DNA of 64,000 bases. It comes from a virus. The first letter of the stretch is position 1, and the number at the start of each line of letters is the position of its first letter. A program made the translations under genes and the position numbers. The stretch lies in IMG/VR virus record IMGVR_UViG_3300046533_000294, positions 63,386 to 127,385 of that record; one strand, given 5' to 3'. Shown here piece after piece: positions 7,579 to 16,979 of the stretch. A model generated the notes under the pieces. It made no database searches. It saw nothing but the letters and a program-made list of their open reading frames with translations, and had not been told where the DNA came from.

Positions 7579-8997
7579 GTGCTTCGCTACATGTATCCCA
7601 AGCCGAGCGTCTACAGGTCGCAGCCTGCTGCCTGGATCCGCGACCGATGCGGTGCTCATGTCTGGAGCAAGCAGGAGGAGATCTGCGACTCGGTGGTGGA
7701 TAACAAGTACACGGCTGTGAAGGCATGCCACGGCCCTGGAAAGAGCTACATCGCCGGCAAGATCGCGGCCTGGTGGCTCGATCCTTCGGTTCACTCTCTC
7801 GGATCGGCTTTTGTTGTCACCACCGCCCCTAGTTGGCCGCAGGTGCAGACGATTCTCTGGCGCGAGATTCGACGAACGCACAGACAGGCCAACCTGTTCG
7901 GCCGCATCACGCTGGAATGTATGTGGCACATGGGCGAGGGCAGATCTGGTGAAGAGATCGTGGCTATGGGCCGCAAACCACAAGATTATGACGAGCAGGC
8001 GTTCCAAGGAATCCATGCGCAGTTCGTTCTGGTCATCATGGACGAGGCGTGCGGAATCCCTAAAGCTCTCTGGGACGCCGTGAAGTCGATCGTGACCAAC
8101 GACCAGTGTCGTGTCCTCGCGATCGGCAACCCGGACGACCCCGGCTCGGAGTTCGCAATGAACTGCAAGCCGGGGACGGATTGGAACGTCGTGCGTATCT
8201 CGGCGTTCGACACACCTGCCTTCACCGGCGAGGCTTGTCCGACAGAGGTCATGTCCCAGCTAACCAGTCCAGCGTGGGTGGACGAGCGCCGTCGCGACTG
8301 GGGTGAAGGCAGCAATCTCTGGATCTCCAAGGTGGAGGGAGAGTTTCCAGACGTCAGCGATGACTACCTGATCACGCCTAGCATGCTGACACGTGCGCAC
8401 GCTCTCGATTTGCCTGGGTTCGCTCATGGCCGATACGGGATGGACGTAGCTCGTATGGGCGACGACATGACCGCCATCTACCGCAATCGAGGCGGGCAGG
8501 TGCGACACATAGATAGCTGGGCGAAGCAGGACACGATGCAGAGCGCGGATCGGGCATACGAGTATCTTGCCAGGCACTTTCCCAAGATGGTACCAATGAA
8601 CGTGGACGGGATCGGTCTGGGCGCCGGAGTCTACGACCGGCTGCGGCAGCGTAGATGTGAGGTGGGCAACTTCGAGGGATCGGGCCGAGCCCTGAATCCG
8701 GCTAAGTTCAACAACCGCCGTTCGGAGATGTGGTGGACGTTCCGCAACTTGATGGAGGAGGGTGGCATCGACCTGGATCCCTTGGACACGCAGTTGTCCG
8801 AGGAGCTACAGACCATTAAGTGGTTCATCGACCTATCGGGTCGCATCTGTATCGAGACCAAGGAAGATGCCAAGAAACGAGGCGTCGCATCGCCGAACAG
8901 AGCTGACGCAGCGGCGATGAGCACAGTCGAGGCGGGCACGATCCTCAGGATGAACTCTGAGTCCATCTCTGGGTCGCTCTTGACAAAGGCAATGTAG
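7579..8997 (+). CDS. terL: terminase large subunit (true start may be CTG 7513 or ATT 7504)
   Basis: Walker A (CHGPGKS), Walker B (VIMDEA), nuclease GMDVARMGDD and SPNRADA motifs. Confidence 0.92.
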   Translation: MLRYMYPKPSVYRSQPAAWIRDRCGAHVWSKQEEICDSVVDNKYTAVKACHGPGKSYIAGKIAAWWLDPSVHSLGSAFVVTTAPSWPQVQTILWREIRRTHRQANLFGRITLECMWHMGEGRSGEEIVAMGRKPQDYDEQAFQGIHAQFVLVIMDEACGIPKALWDAVKSIVTNDQCRVLAIGNPDDPGSEFAMNCKPGTDWNVVRISAFDTPAFTGEACPTEVMSQLTSPAWVDERRRDWGEGSNLWISKVEGEFPDVSDDYLITPSMLTRAHALDLPGFAHGRYGMDVARMGDDMTAIYRNRGGQVRHIDSWAKQDTMQSADRAYEYLARHFPKMVPMNVDGIGLGAGVYDRLRQRRCEVGNFEGSGRALNPAKFNNRRSEMWWTFRNLMEEGGIDLDPLDTQLSEELQTIKWFIDLSGRICIETKEDAKKRGVASPNRADAAAMSTVEAGTILRMNSESISGSLLTKAM

Positions 8998-9005
8998 GGA
9001 GGGGC

Positions 9006-9827
9006 ATGGCAGTTCCAAACGTCAAATTCAATAGGATGGTCAAGGAGGGCATGAAGGGGAACGACGTCATTGCCCTCAAGATCTGTGCTAGTCGCGCAGG
9101 CTGCTGGCCCTGGGCTGAGTTCGACAACATCGCCCACAAGGAATTCATGATGGGCCGAGGCAAGACAAAGGGCACCAGTGGGCTCAGAGGACTCCAGCGC
9201 CTACTCAAGATCAACGCTGACGGCGTGTACGGGCCGGTCACGCACACCAAGTCTCTGCCCTTCAAGGTTCCGGGTGGACACCTACATGCTGGCGAGTACA
9301 TCTGGGACGGTCATGCTCAAGTGCTCTACAGCGGCGCCAGCACCAGCAGCGTCGTAGACAAGCAGAAAGCGATCGTCGCTGACGTCTGGAAATGGTGGCA
9401 ATGGATGATCGCGCACAAGGGCCAGATTCACTATGCGCAGACGCGACCGATGGGACAGCTAGCGGCGAAACACGAGCCACCGTTGCTGCCGTACTACGAA
9501 GACTGCTCATCGACGTTTATCTACTGCGCGTTCCTCGGTGGCGCGAAGTCTCCTGACATCGCCTACGGTTTCAGCGGCTACGGCAATACGGACTCCCTCA
9601 TCCGCTGCGGCATCCCGATCTCGGAGTCGCAGATCCCACAGTACATGCTGACGCACTACCTTGGGGTCATCTACGGCAGCAGCGTCTGGAGCACGCATCA
9701 CATTTCGGCCATCAAGTCTCCGACGCAGGTGGCCTCGATGGGCAGCGAGAGCGCACCTGAGTGGTGGAACTCGATCCATAGAGGCCCGGGAGCGATCGCA
9801 GGGATTCGAGCCTACTCAGTCTTGTAA
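9006..9827 (+). CDS. endolysin: peptidoglycan-binding domain plus NlpC/P60-like Cys peptidase
   Basis: ADGVYGPVT (PGBD); HYAQTRP...DCSS...GYGNTDSL...HH. Confidence 0.7.
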   Translation: MAVPNVKFNRMVKEGMKGNDVIALKICASRAGCWPWAEFDNIAHKEFMMGRGKTKGTSGLRGLQRLLKINADGVYGPVTHTKSLPFKVPGGHLHAGEYIWDGHAQVLYSGASTSSVVDKQKAIVADVWKWWQWMIAHKGQIHYAQTRPMGQLAAKHEPPLLPYYEDCSSTFIYCAFLGGAKSPDIAYGFSGYGNTDSLIRCGIPISESQIPQYMLTHYLGVIYGSSVWSTHHISAIKSPTQVASMGSESAPEWWNSIHRGPGAIAGIRAYSVL

Positions 9828-9831
9828 TGCG

Positions 9832-10026
9832 ATGTCTCTGCTCGAACCAGCCGAATACCAGGTCTTGTTCTTGACAGCAAACGGACACACAGCCAAAGAG
9901 ATCGGAAGGGCAACTGGTTGGCCCGAGGAGACTGTCAAATCTCTACTTCGATCAACAAGACGCAAGCTCGGAGCGAAGAACACTGTTAACGCCATCTGGA
10001 TCGCACTACAGAAGGGACTGCTGTAG
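9832..10026 (+). CDS. LuxR/GerE-type HTH protein (64 aa)
   Basis: LEPAEYQVLFLTANGHTAKEIG...EETVKSLLRSTRRKLGAKN matches the LuxR C-terminal pattern. Confidence 0.85.
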   Translation: MSLLEPAEYQVLFLTANGHTAKEIGRATGWPEETVKSLLRSTRRKLGAKNTVNAIWIALQKGLL

Positions 10027-10028
10027 CG

Positions 10029-11447
10029 ATGTCGTATTCAGCGCCACAGAAGCTCGGAGATCGAATCGGCGCGCCACCTACCGATCCTCTTGGCGTCGTT
10101 CTCCAGGGCACGTTGAGCCCTGCCGGGATGGCGCCATGGACTCAGTGGTACGACACTAGCGAGTACGTTCCAGAGCTGAAGTGGCCGCTGTCAATTGGCG
10201 TCTACAACCAGATGCGTACCGATCCTCAGCTGTCGGCTCTGTACAAGGGCACGACCCTTCCCATCCGTCGTTGGGATTGGTTCATTGTCCCGAACGGGGC
10301 CGACGAATCTACGGTGCGTGAGCTTCAGAAGGATCTCAACCTTCCCGTAGAAGGCGAGAAGCTGCTGGAGCAACCTTTGAGAGGCCGCTCTAAGAACAGG
10401 TTCCAGTTCATGGAGCACATGCGCCTGGCCATGCGGGCGCTCTTGTTCGGCTTTGCGTATTTCGAACAGCTGGGAACGATCACTCCGACGGATGCCCTCC
10501 CGGACGGTCGCTGGCAGCTACGCAAGTTGGCAGAGCGCCCGCAGAAGACTATTGATCAGTTCCTGGTCGCTGACGATGGAGGTTTGATCTCGATTCGACA
10601 GAACATCCGGCCGCTGAATCAAATAGGTAATTATCTCCAGCCCCTGGAGATTCCGATTGATCGCCTAGTTGGATACGTCTGGGAGCAGGAAGATGGTTCC
10701 TGGGTTGGTCGCAGCATGATGCGCGACTGTTACAAGAGCTGGGTCGTGAAGGATCGGCTGATCAGGATCGACGCCATCAACCACGAACGCGCTGGCGGTG
10801 TTCCGTATGTGACCGCTCAGCCCGGAGCGACGGCAGGAGAGATCGAGCAGCTTCACAACATGGCGCGCGACTTCAAGATCGGAGAGGCTGCCGGTGGAGC
10901 TGTTCCGTTCGGTGCTGCTCTGAACATCGCTCGCGCCGGTAACACGAACGTCGTAGAGTCGATCAAGTATCACGACGAGTCTATGGCGCGGAACTGGCTG
11001 CTGATGATGATGCAGCTCGGCATGACAACGTCGGGCTCGCGCGCTCTCGGCCGAACGTTCCATGACTTCTTTGCCCAGGGCCAAGACGCGATCGCGCAGT
11101 GGTTCGCTAGCGTGTTCAACTGTCATGTGGTCGAAGACTGGGTGGACTGGAACTATGGCGAGGATGTTGAGCAGGTGCCACTGCTTGGATTCAAGCCAGA
11201 CATCGACCTTGCCCTGTCGGAGATCTCCGGCCTGATTCAACAGGGCGCGATTGTCGTGGATAGAGATTTGGAAGACGCCCTGCGCAAGGAGACGGGGCTA
11301 CCTCCAAAAGCAGAGGGTGCACCTGACCCGACCTCGCAAGCAGAGATGGCAAAGCTGCAAAAACCTCCTCCTGGTAGTGGTGGTGCGGAGTCGGGTCAGG
11401 ATGCCCCCGGAAGTGGCACAAAGCCAGAAGGTGGGCAGGGCCAATGA
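10029..11447 (+). CDS. portal protein (Mu gp29/DUF935-like)
   Basis: Position and 472 aa size; ALLFGFAYFEQ and W..WNYG motifs. Confidence 0.85.
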   Translation: MSYSAPQKLGDRIGAPPTDPLGVVLQGTLSPAGMAPWTQWYDTSEYVPELKWPLSIGVYNQMRTDPQLSALYKGTTLPIRRWDWFIVPNGADESTVRELQKDLNLPVEGEKLLEQPLRGRSKNRFQFMEHMRLAMRALLFGFAYFEQLGTITPTDALPDGRWQLRKLAERPQKTIDQFLVADDGGLISIRQNIRPLNQIGNYLQPLEIPIDRLVGYVWEQEDGSWVGRSMMRDCYKSWVVKDRLIRIDAINHERAGGVPYVTAQPGATAGEIEQLHNMARDFKIGEAAGGAVPFGAALNIARAGNTNVVESIKYHDESMARNWLLMMMQLGMTTSGSRALGRTFHDFFAQGQDAIAQWFASVFNCHVVEDWVDWNYGEDVEQVPLLGFKPDIDLALSEISGLIQQGAIVVDRDLEDALRKETGLPPKAEGAPDPTSQAEMAKLQKPPPGSGGAESGQDAPGSGTKPEGGQGQ

Positions 11448-11532
11448 GGGTGGTCATCTCGGTCGGGGGCGCTCCCTCCCGGCTACTCTTTGCGGCTCTG
11501 CTCATATGTCCCAGCGACGAGAAGGAGGATTA

Positions 11533-11724
11533 ATGGCTGGGAAGATCGAAGGAGCAACAGGCAACATGTTTGGCGTCAAGGGTGGCGCCAAGAGGATTCC
11601 CACCGCCAGGTGGGAGACTAACAGCCCGGAAACGGGTGGCCCGCCCGAGACGAAGGGACGTGAAGGAGCCATGCTCAAGGCAGAGCTGGCCAAGTCCAAG
11701 GGCACTGGGTTGAAGGTTCCGTAG
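11533..11724 (+). CDS. small hypothetical protein
   Basis: SD GAAGGAGG then ATG at 11533. Confidence 0.6.
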   Translation: MAGKIEGATGNMFGVKGGAKRIPTARWETNSPETGGPPETKGREGAMLKAELAKSKGTGLKVP

Positions 11725-13257
11725 ATGACCTGGGTGCTGGAGAAGATCGAGGGCACGCCGTACACGCGCCTGAAAGGCGTGCCGCTGGTGGGGACTGGCA
11801 TCGACTACGTCATCTCGACGCACCCCGAGGGATTTACAATCTCGGAGGAAATGCTGGCAGATGCTGTGGCGGCTGTTGATGATCCAGCGATCGTGGAGCC
11901 TCGCATGAAGCTGGGGCATGACGATCCTCGCTTCGACAGCCCCGAGTTCGATGGGGAGCCTGCGGTGGGCAGGATAGAGAATCTGAGTCTGGGCAATAAC
12001 GGACAGACGATCTATGGTGATTATGTCACCTTCGACTGGCTCGCTCAGATGATCCCTCTTGCCTATCCCAACCGTTCCGTCGAAGCAGGTGCCGGTGTAC
12101 AGCCGATGTTCATCGAGAACCACGAGACTGTTACTGGCAAGAAGTACCGGATGGTTCTCACGGGAGTGGCGCTCCTGGGGATCGTCTGGCCGGGCTGCTC
12201 TACGCTGGAAGACTTGGAGTTGCTGTCTACCGGCGAGGGAGTTACCGTCAAGCAAGAGATCGAGGCTGCCATGAACATCGAGGACGTTCGTACTGCGTAC
12301 TACGAGCACCTTGAGGCCGAGGGTGGTGATACCTACTGGTGGTGGATCCGAGGAATGCGCCTCGACCCCAACGAGTTGGTCGTGGACGACGACGATGGTC
12401 ATCTGTTCCGTGTTCCGTTCACGGTAGAGAGTGACTATGTCGAGTTCGGGGATCCAGTCCAGGTGGTCGTAGACTACAAGGACGTTCCCGCAACGGTGGC
12501 GGCTGGTATCTACACCGAGGGTCTCATGCTCGGTGGCCGCCAGGGACAGGACACTTGTGTCTTGTTCTCAAGTAGGGCGGAATCCCGCCCAGAGTCCAAC
12601 GAAGGAGGACAGATGACACCAGAGCAGCGGAAGCAGCTCTGTGCCTCGCTGGGCCTCGCCGAGGATGCGGACAACGCAGCCATTCAGGCGAAGCTCCGTG
12701 AGGCAGAAATCCTCCAGGCCTCCACGGGCGAGGAGGAGCAGCCCGCAGGAGACGCCGACGACGACGACGCCGACGATGATGACGGCGACGACGGCGATGA
12801 GGAGGGGACAACTGCCGAGGCAGACCTGCCGGAGACGGTGACGGTCGAGGCAAGTGCTTTCAGGCAGATGCAGCATGATGCGGCTCTCGCGCGTCAGCTG
12901 CACGAGGAGAACATCGCAGGGAAGAACGAAGCGATCATGAAGGAAGCGGTGGCCAAGGGCAAGTTTGCCCCGGCCGTCGCCGCGTCTGTTCGTAAGCAGC
13001 TCGACAACCCTGGTACTCGCGATGCCACGATCAAGTGGATCGCCGAGTGTGCCGAGGGCGTCGTGCCGACCACCGCCATGGGCTCCAGCGCCGCTGGTGA
13101 AGAAGTCGAAGGCGGCGAGGTCAACGAGGGGCTGCCGTGGTTCGCTCGTGAGCACGCTCGCGCAGCGCGGATGGCTCAGGCCGACGCAGAGGGTAGGGTC
13201 ATGTCCGATGGCCGCTATGCCCGCGACGGTTCCATGGTCAAGGCGGGGGTCAACTGA
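11725..13257 (+). CDS. capsid maturation protease-scaffold fusion
   Basis: N-terminal Mu gpI-like protease (KLGHDD, PNRSVE, LTGVALLG) and an acidic helical C-terminus. Confidence 0.8.
   Translation: MTWVLEKIEGTPYTRLKGVPLVGTGIDYVISTHPEGFTISEEMLADAVAAVDDPAIVEPRMKLGHDDPRFDSPEFDGEPAVGRIENLSLGNNGQTIYGDYVTFDWLAQMIPLAYPNRSVEAGAGVQPMFIENHETVTGKKYRMVLTGVALLGIVWPGCSTLEDLELLSTGEGVTVKQEIEAAMNIEDVRTAYYEHLEAEGGDTYWWWIRGMRLDPNELVVDDDDGHLFRVPFTVESDYVEFGDPVQVVVDYKDVPATVAAGIYTEGLMLGGRQGQDTCVLFSSRAESRPESNEGGQMTPEQRKQLCASLGLAEDADNAAIQAKLREAEILQASTGEEEQPAGDADDDDADDDDGDDGDEEGTTAEADLPETVTVEASAFRQMQHDAALARQLHEENIAGKNEAIMKEAVAKGKFAPAVAASVRKQLDNPGTRDATIKWIAECAEGVVPTTAMGSSAAGEEVEGGEVNEGLPWFAREHARAARMAQADAEGRVMSDGRYARDGSMVKAGVN
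12613..13257 (+). CDS. nested scaffolding protein (internal start)
   Basis: In-frame ATG preceded by GAAGGAGG at 12601. Confidence 0.65.
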   Translation: MTPEQRKQLCASLGLAEDADNAAIQAKLREAEILQASTGEEEQPAGDADDDDADDDDGDDGDEEGTTAEADLPETVTVEASAFRQMQHDAALARQLHEENIAGKNEAIMKEAVAKGKFAPAVAASVRKQLDNPGTRDATIKWIAECAEGVVPTTAMGSSAAGEEVEGGEVNEGLPWFAREHARAARMAQADAEGRVMSDGRYARDGSMVKAGVN

Positions 13258-13724
13258 TGGCCAACGACTGCATCAAGATCAAGGAAGAAGGTGACGCGAT
13301 TACTTGTGAGGCCACTGCGGCCGTCACTGGTAAGCGTTTCGTCTACGTCTCCGGCGCGCGTACGTCTGGAGGCATCGGGGCAACCGGCACCGTGCCGGCG
13401 GGACAGCAGGGCGCTGGGCTGGTCGCGGATGCGACCGTGGACAAGTCCGCCGTCTACAAGGCGCAGAACGTTGGAGCAGGTCAGGCTGCCAAGCGCGCTC
13501 TTGGCGTGGCGGCGTTTGACGCTCCGATCGGAGGACTGTTCACAGTTCTCCGTGAGGGAATCCTGCCCATCACATGCGGAGCGGCCATCACGGCAGGCAG
13601 CGAAGTCGAGATCGACGCTCAGGGTCGTGTCATCAATATCGCGTCCGGCATCGCCGTCGGAGTCGCAATGGACACGCAGGCAACCGTCGGAGCAGACGCC
13701 GAGATCCTGCTCTACAACAGCTAG
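13257..13724 (+). CDS. head decoration/cement protein (DUF2190-like)
   Basis: GKRFV...ALGVAAFDA...AITAGSEV...GRVI; lies between scaffold and capsid. Confidence 0.75.
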   Translation: MANDCIKIKEEGDAITCEATAAVTGKRFVYVSGARTSGGIGATGTVPAGQQGAGLVADATVDKSAVYKAQNVGAGQAAKRALGVAAFDAPIGGLFTVLREGILPITCGAAITAGSEVEIDAQGRVINIASGIAVGVAMDTQATVGADAEILLYNS

Positions 13725-13741
13725 GAGGGGGTGAAACAGAT

Positions 13742-14698
13742 ATGAAGCACCAGGTACTTCCGAACGGGGCTGTGCTGCTCATCGAGGAGGAGATCGAGGC
13801 CAGCTACTTCCCCAATCCGACTGTCCACCCTCTCGGCCCGCCGACACTGACGGGAACAACATACACGGTGGACTGGGCGCTGAACAACCCTACGCGGGTG
13901 ACACAGTCGCTCATGGATCTCACCTTGCAGCGATTCTTCGCTGATCGCGTATTCACCAACGCAGGTGGGGTCACCGGCGGCGCGGTCATCTATGACGTGC
14001 TGCTCGTCAACGAGCTGTATCTCACGCGTGACTTCGAGATGATCGCCCCGGGAGCAGAGTTCCCGATCGTGACGTCTCAGCGAGTCGCACCGGCCGTGGC
14101 GCAGGTCGAGAAGTGGGGCGCCAAGTTCTACCTGACGGTGGAAGCCAGGGATCGCAACCAGATCTCCGTCTTCACGAAGCAGATCCGCCAGATGGCCAAC
14201 ACGCTCGTCCGCAAGATCAATCAGAGGGCTGTGGACACGCTGAACGCTGCGATCACGGCCTACACTCGTACCACGACTGGGAACAGCTGGTCTACGGTGG
14301 TCACGACCGGCGCATCTGCGTCGAACGCTCCATTGTGGCCAGCTCGTGACTTCGCCCGCATCACGCAGATGGCGGAGCAGGAGGAGTTGGGATACGACTT
14401 CGATCTGTGGCTCATGAACCCCACAGAGTATTTCAACCTCGCCACGATCTACGGCAACTTCCTCAACGACCTGCTCGCTTCAACGGGTTACGACATCTTC
14501 GTAACCAACCGTGTCGCTGCCGGCACGGCGTTCGCAATCTCGCAAGGCAACGTCGGCGAGATGCGTGTAGAGCAGCCTCTGATGACCGAGTCCTGGTACG
14601 AGGAGGAGACGCAGCGGTACTGGACACAGTCGAGCGTCCGGCCTCTGTGGTTTGTCGATCAACCGCACGCGATCATGAAGATCACGGGCCTCGCCTAG
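13742..14698 (+). CDS. major capsid protein
   Basis: 318 aa from ATG 13742 with SD GGAGGGGGTGA; position; HK97-like pattern (IAPGAEFP, WLMNP). Confidence 0.85.
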   Translation: MKHQVLPNGAVLLIEEEIEASYFPNPTVHPLGPPTLTGTTYTVDWALNNPTRVTQSLMDLTLQRFFADRVFTNAGGVTGGAVIYDVLLVNELYLTRDFEMIAPGAEFPIVTSQRVAPAVAQVEKWGAKFYLTVEARDRNQISVFTKQIRQMANTLVRKINQRAVDTLNAAITAYTRTTTGNSWSTVVTTGASASNAPLWPARDFARITQMAEQEELGYDFDLWLMNPTEYFNLATIYGNFLNDLLASTGYDIFVTNRVAAGTAFAISQGNVGEMRVEQPLMTESWYEEETQRYWTQSSVRPLWFVDQPHAIMKITGLA

Positions 14699-14712
14699 AA
14701 GGGGGTGACAAG

Positions 14713-15240
14713 ATGAGTGAAATGTCTGTGTACGGTAAGGATCTCCATCACGAGAGCCTTGCTGACTACGAGTCGCCAGACGACTACGCCAACCAGCCGG
14801 ACACGAGAACGATCAAGCATCTCATGTTCCCCTGGATGGTGGAGGCTCCAAACCCGACGCATGCAGACGGGCCCAACATCCTCAAGGAGCGCGTGGCTCA
14901 GCAAGGTGAAGTGGTCACGATCGAGGAGCTGGGGACGCTCGCGCTGGAGAAGGGTGAGCGTTTGGGATCGTTCTACACTGACGCAGAGCTAGCTGGCCCG
15001 CCGGTAGCAGCGCAGCTGACTGCTGGCGAGGAATCTAGCAACACGTCGGAATGGGGCGTGCCAGAGCTAGTCCAGTACATCGAGACCAACAAGCCCAACG
15101 TGGACGACACCGTTGCTCTCGCGCAGGGCGATCCTGAGGCAGCCAAGCGTGTCTTGGAGGCTGAGACCGAGGCAACTGATGGGGATCCACGTGCTGGCGT
15201 CACCAAGGGCCTGGCAGCGGTCATTGGAGACGGCTCGTAG
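14713..15240 (+). CDS. hypothetical head-associated protein
   Basis: ATG 14713 with SD GGGGGTGA; follows the capsid gene. Confidence 0.65.
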   Translation: MSEMSVYGKDLHHESLADYESPDDYANQPDTRTIKHLMFPWMVEAPNPTHADGPNILKERVAQQGEVVTIEELGTLALEKGERLGSFYTDAELAGPPVAAQLTAGEESSNTSEWGVPELVQYIETNKPNVDDTVALAQGDPEAAKRVLEAETEATDGDPRAGVTKGLAAVIGDGS

Positions 15241-15241
15241 T

Positions 15242-15275
15242 GGTGGTGGGCGGGTTTCGGCCCGCCCTCATCCAC
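15242..15275 (+). terminator. GC-rich hairpin after the head genes
   Basis: GGGCGGGT-TTCG-GCCCGCCC; no U-tract. Confidence 0.55.
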
Positions 15276-15293
15276 TCCGACTAGGAGAAGCCG

Positions 15294-15743
15294 ATGGCAG
15301 CCTCAGCCAAGTGGTACACAAACGCAGTTCTAGGCGTGTTCAGCTCGACGGCAGCCCGTCGGTTTGACTGGGTGAACGACACCATCAAGGTGACGCTTCA
15401 CACTTCTGCGTACGCCTACAGTCAGACAGCAAACACGTACTACAGCGATGTGACCAGCGAGCTAGCCACCGGCTCTGGATATACGGCTGGTGGCTACACA
15501 ATGGTCAACAAGACTCTCACCTACGACGCGGCCAGCAAGGAAGTCAGACTGGACGCCGACGATCCGCAGTGGACAGCGGCAACGTTCACGTTCCGTACCT
15601 ACGTGATCAGAAAAGACACGGGCACTCCGTCCACATCTCCGCTGCTCGGTTACGGAGATATGGGGGCTGACCAGTCCATTTCGGGCGGAACGTACACCCT
15701 GGTGGGAGATGCAACTGGGTGGCTGAAGGACGTGGTGTCATGA
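15294..15743 (+). CDS. virion structural protein, paralog 1
   Basis: AKWY...DTIKV.LH...GYTAGG...SP..GY.DMGADQS shared with the next gene. Confidence 0.7.
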   Translation: MAASAKWYTNAVLGVFSSTAARRFDWVNDTIKVTLHTSAYAYSQTANTYYSDVTSELATGSGYTAGGYTMVNKTLTYDAASKEVRLDADDPQWTAATFTFRTYVIRKDTGTPSTSPLLGYGDMGADQSISGGTYTLVGDATGWLKDVVS

Positions 15744-15759
15744 TCAGTGAGGAGGCAAC

Positions 15760-16200
15760 ATGGCTGTAACGGCCAAGTGGTATGGCAAGAATGTTCTGGA
15801 TCAGTGGGGTGCTGCTCCCGTCAACTGGACTTCGGACACGATCAAGGTGTCGCTACATTTGGTCGCCTACGTGCCGAACCAGGACACGGACGAGTTCTTC
15901 TCTGCCGCTACAAACGAGTTGACGACTGCTGGTGGCTACACAGCTGGCGGAGTTACACTTGCCGGCAAGTCAGTCTCGTACGATGCTCCGACAAACGAGG
16001 CACGGCTGATCGCCGGCAACGCATCCTGGGCATCCGCGACTTTTACATGCCGCATCGGGGTCGTCTACAAGTCCACGGGTGTGGCCGGCACTTCGCCGGT
16101 CATGGGGTACGTGGATATGGGTGCCGACCAGTCAGTCTCGTCGGGAACGTTCACCATCCAGTGGGACGCCACCGGCGTGCTCAAGGGAGTGGCAGCGTAA
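15760..16200 (+). CDS. virion structural protein, paralog 2
   Basis: Tandem paralog of 15294-15743; SD GAGGAGG. Confidence 0.7.
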   Translation: MAVTAKWYGKNVLDQWGAAPVNWTSDTIKVSLHLVAYVPNQDTDEFFSAATNELTTAGGYTAGGVTLAGKSVSYDAPTNEARLIAGNASWASATFTCRIGVVYKSTGVAGTSPVMGYVDMGADQSVSSGTFTIQWDATGVLKGVAA

Positions 16201-16203
16201 CCA

Positions 16204-16605
16204 ATGGCTCGGGCCGGAGCACCCAGCCAGCGAGGACACGTGGAGCGGCAGGGGCGGGATCTTACTGTGCTCGCTCCTGCCGCGACCTGGCCTCAGCATG
16301 TGGACATTCTGACGGCAGCTGATTTAACGCCGAAGGACATCATCGCGATGCAGGCAGCTGAGCTTCGACAGGTGAAGCAAGAGCTGGAAGTTCAGAAGAT
16401 CGCTGCTCAGACTATCACACGCTTCTGTATCTGTTGCATGTACGTGATTCAGCTCCACACCGGTGAAGAAGTTGTCGCTATCGAGCGAGAAATGTACGAG
16501 AAGTTCAGCGGTTCAGAGATCCAGATTGCTGAGTATCAAGCTGGCCCCGGCCCGGTATTCGGCAGGTTCATCGAGAAGTCACCCGATGTCAGGATTGGAG
16601 GGTAA
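16204..16605 (+). CDS. hypothetical protein
   Basis: 133 aa ORF in operon context. Confidence 0.55.
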   Translation: MARAGAPSQRGHVERQGRDLTVLAPAATWPQHVDILTAADLTPKDIIAMQAAELRQVKQELEVQKIAAQTITRFCICCMYVIQLHTGEEVVAIEREMYEKFSGSEIQIAEYQAGPGPVFGRFIEKSPDVRIGG

Positions 16606-16606
16606 A

Positions 16607-16942
16607 TTGTCTGAGTACGAAGTTATCATGGTACCACCTGAGGGACAGCCTCAGACGTTCACGGATACCAACGACGCGGACGGGTCAGAGATCGAGCGCC
16701 CGATGATTCGTATCTATCATCTGAACGCCAGCAGCGAGAACGCGGCACGTGTTATGTGCGAGCGGTCGGCGTTCGATCTTGCAACGCAAGAAGTTGCTGA
16801 GAAGGGCGGCTTCACGGACGAGCAGCAAGACGAGCAGATGGACGCTGTTCTGTCCAGTCAGTGGGTTATCCAGTCTGTCGAGCCGAAGGGCGGAGCGGCA
16901 CCGGCAGCAGCAGCAGCTGAGGAGCCGGCAGCGGCCGAGTAA
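16607..16942 (+). CDS. acidic hypothetical protein
   Basis: TTG start after GGAGGG, directly behind the previous stop. Confidence 0.55.
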   Translation: MSEYEVIMVPPEGQPQTFTDTNDADGSEIERPMIRIYHLNASSENAARVMCERSAFDLATQEVAEKGGFTDEQQDEQMDAVLSSQWVIQSVEPKGGAAPAAAAAEEPAAAE

Positions 16943-16979
16943 TGTTGCTCGCTCCCGCAACGGAGATGGGGCCGGTGGC

